This document shows positions 63,601-64,000 of a stretch of DNA of 64,000 nt, piece by piece (the first letter of the stretch is position 1; the number at the start of each line of letters is the position of its first letter). Location of the stretch: NCBI GenBank assembly GCA_032718475.1, contig JAUCBJ010007209.1:1-64000 (forward strand), in the 5' to 3' direction. A program made the translations under genes and the position numbers. Under the pieces are notes generated by a model that saw only the letters and a list, made by a program, of their open reading frames with translations, was not told the origin of the DNA and did not search any database. This stretch comes from Nemertoderma westbladi (Eukaryota > Animalia > Xenacoelomorpha).

Positions 63601-63604
63601 TAAT
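57688..63604. repeat. ~5.9-kb satellite with the 19-bp unit GAGGGACACAAACATTAAT and recurrent variant units
   Basis: Directly visible; roughly 300 copies by length divided by 19. It fills most of the channel gene's last intron. Confidence 0.98.
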
Positions 63605-63625
63605 CTGCCTTTTAAACCCACTCAC

Positions 63626-63859
63626 CTTGTAAGATACGACTGTTAGCAGAACCCACATGGTATTCAACATCCTCCAGTGTTGTCGCTTCTCGACGTCTAT
63701 AGCGAAACTGGTGAGGGCCAATGAGGCAATGATTCCCGTTATAAACACGTAGTTCCACATGTATAACGCGGGTTTACGGGCCATGTGACACGTGAATGTG
63801 ATTTGCGACCGAGTAAATTTATCCGAAGTGTATTCTGTGGTCACTTTCCGTTTTATAAC
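63626..63859 (-). CDS. Pentameric ligand-gated ion channel subunit, penultimate exon (beta10, M1, M2)
   Basis: ITFTCHMARKPALYMWNYVFITGIIASLALTSFAI...WRMLNTMWVLLTVVSYK, with ttag and gtgagt boundaries, phase 0 to 0. Confidence 0.85.
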
Positions 63860-64000
63860 CTAAGTTTACCAAATCACAATTAATATTATATGAATATAGG
63901 ACTTTTGGTAACAATTTAATATTAATAATAATAATAGTAATGATTTGTGATTTGTTTATAATTTATAAAATGTAACTTTTTTCCAAATATATACCCCAAA

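Noticed and set aside
57688-63604. Satellite as a CRISPR array or as tandem minimal hammerhead ribozymes
   Set aside because: There are no unique spacers and no cas genes in this eukaryotic locus. TAATGAG...CAAAC only superficially resembles the CTGATGA...GAAA core and lacks the essential residues.

Overview
AT-rich metazoan (probably invertebrate) genomic DNA with GT-AG spliced genes, many poly-G/poly-C tracts and dense small transposons. It is organised around two divergent long-intron host genes that I reconstructed by hand from splice sites and reading phase. (1) A minus-strand TPR gene resembling the TTC28 N-terminus has exons 39339-39226, 38463-38342, 2701-2614, 2464-2290 and 1740-1551, and probably continues off the left edge. 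Its ~35.6-kb second intron holds a phase-compatible 1.8-kb alternative terminal exon or nested ORF, two tandem intronless PRPS genes, a triplicated ~1.4-kb repeat and a decayed ~13-14-kb BEL/Pao LTR retrotransposon. (2) CCT7 on the plus strand (exons 1-4 from 47133, continuing off the right edge) hosts in its introns an intronless, motif-degenerate SLC6 gene, an RTE-type LINE fragment, an array of 44-bp copies of its own exon-3 donor junction, and an antisense pentameric ligand-gated channel gene whose last intron is mostly a 5.9-kb 19-bp satellite. The best candidate for an undescribed system is the 3' cargo of the BEL element. In the env position it carries a ~700-codon non-env ORF, separated from pol by a ~1.7-kb non-coding region rich in hairpins, including two duplicated ~130-nt stem-loops with compensatory changes and an antisense TATA box. 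All homology calls come from motif recognition by eye; no searches were run.
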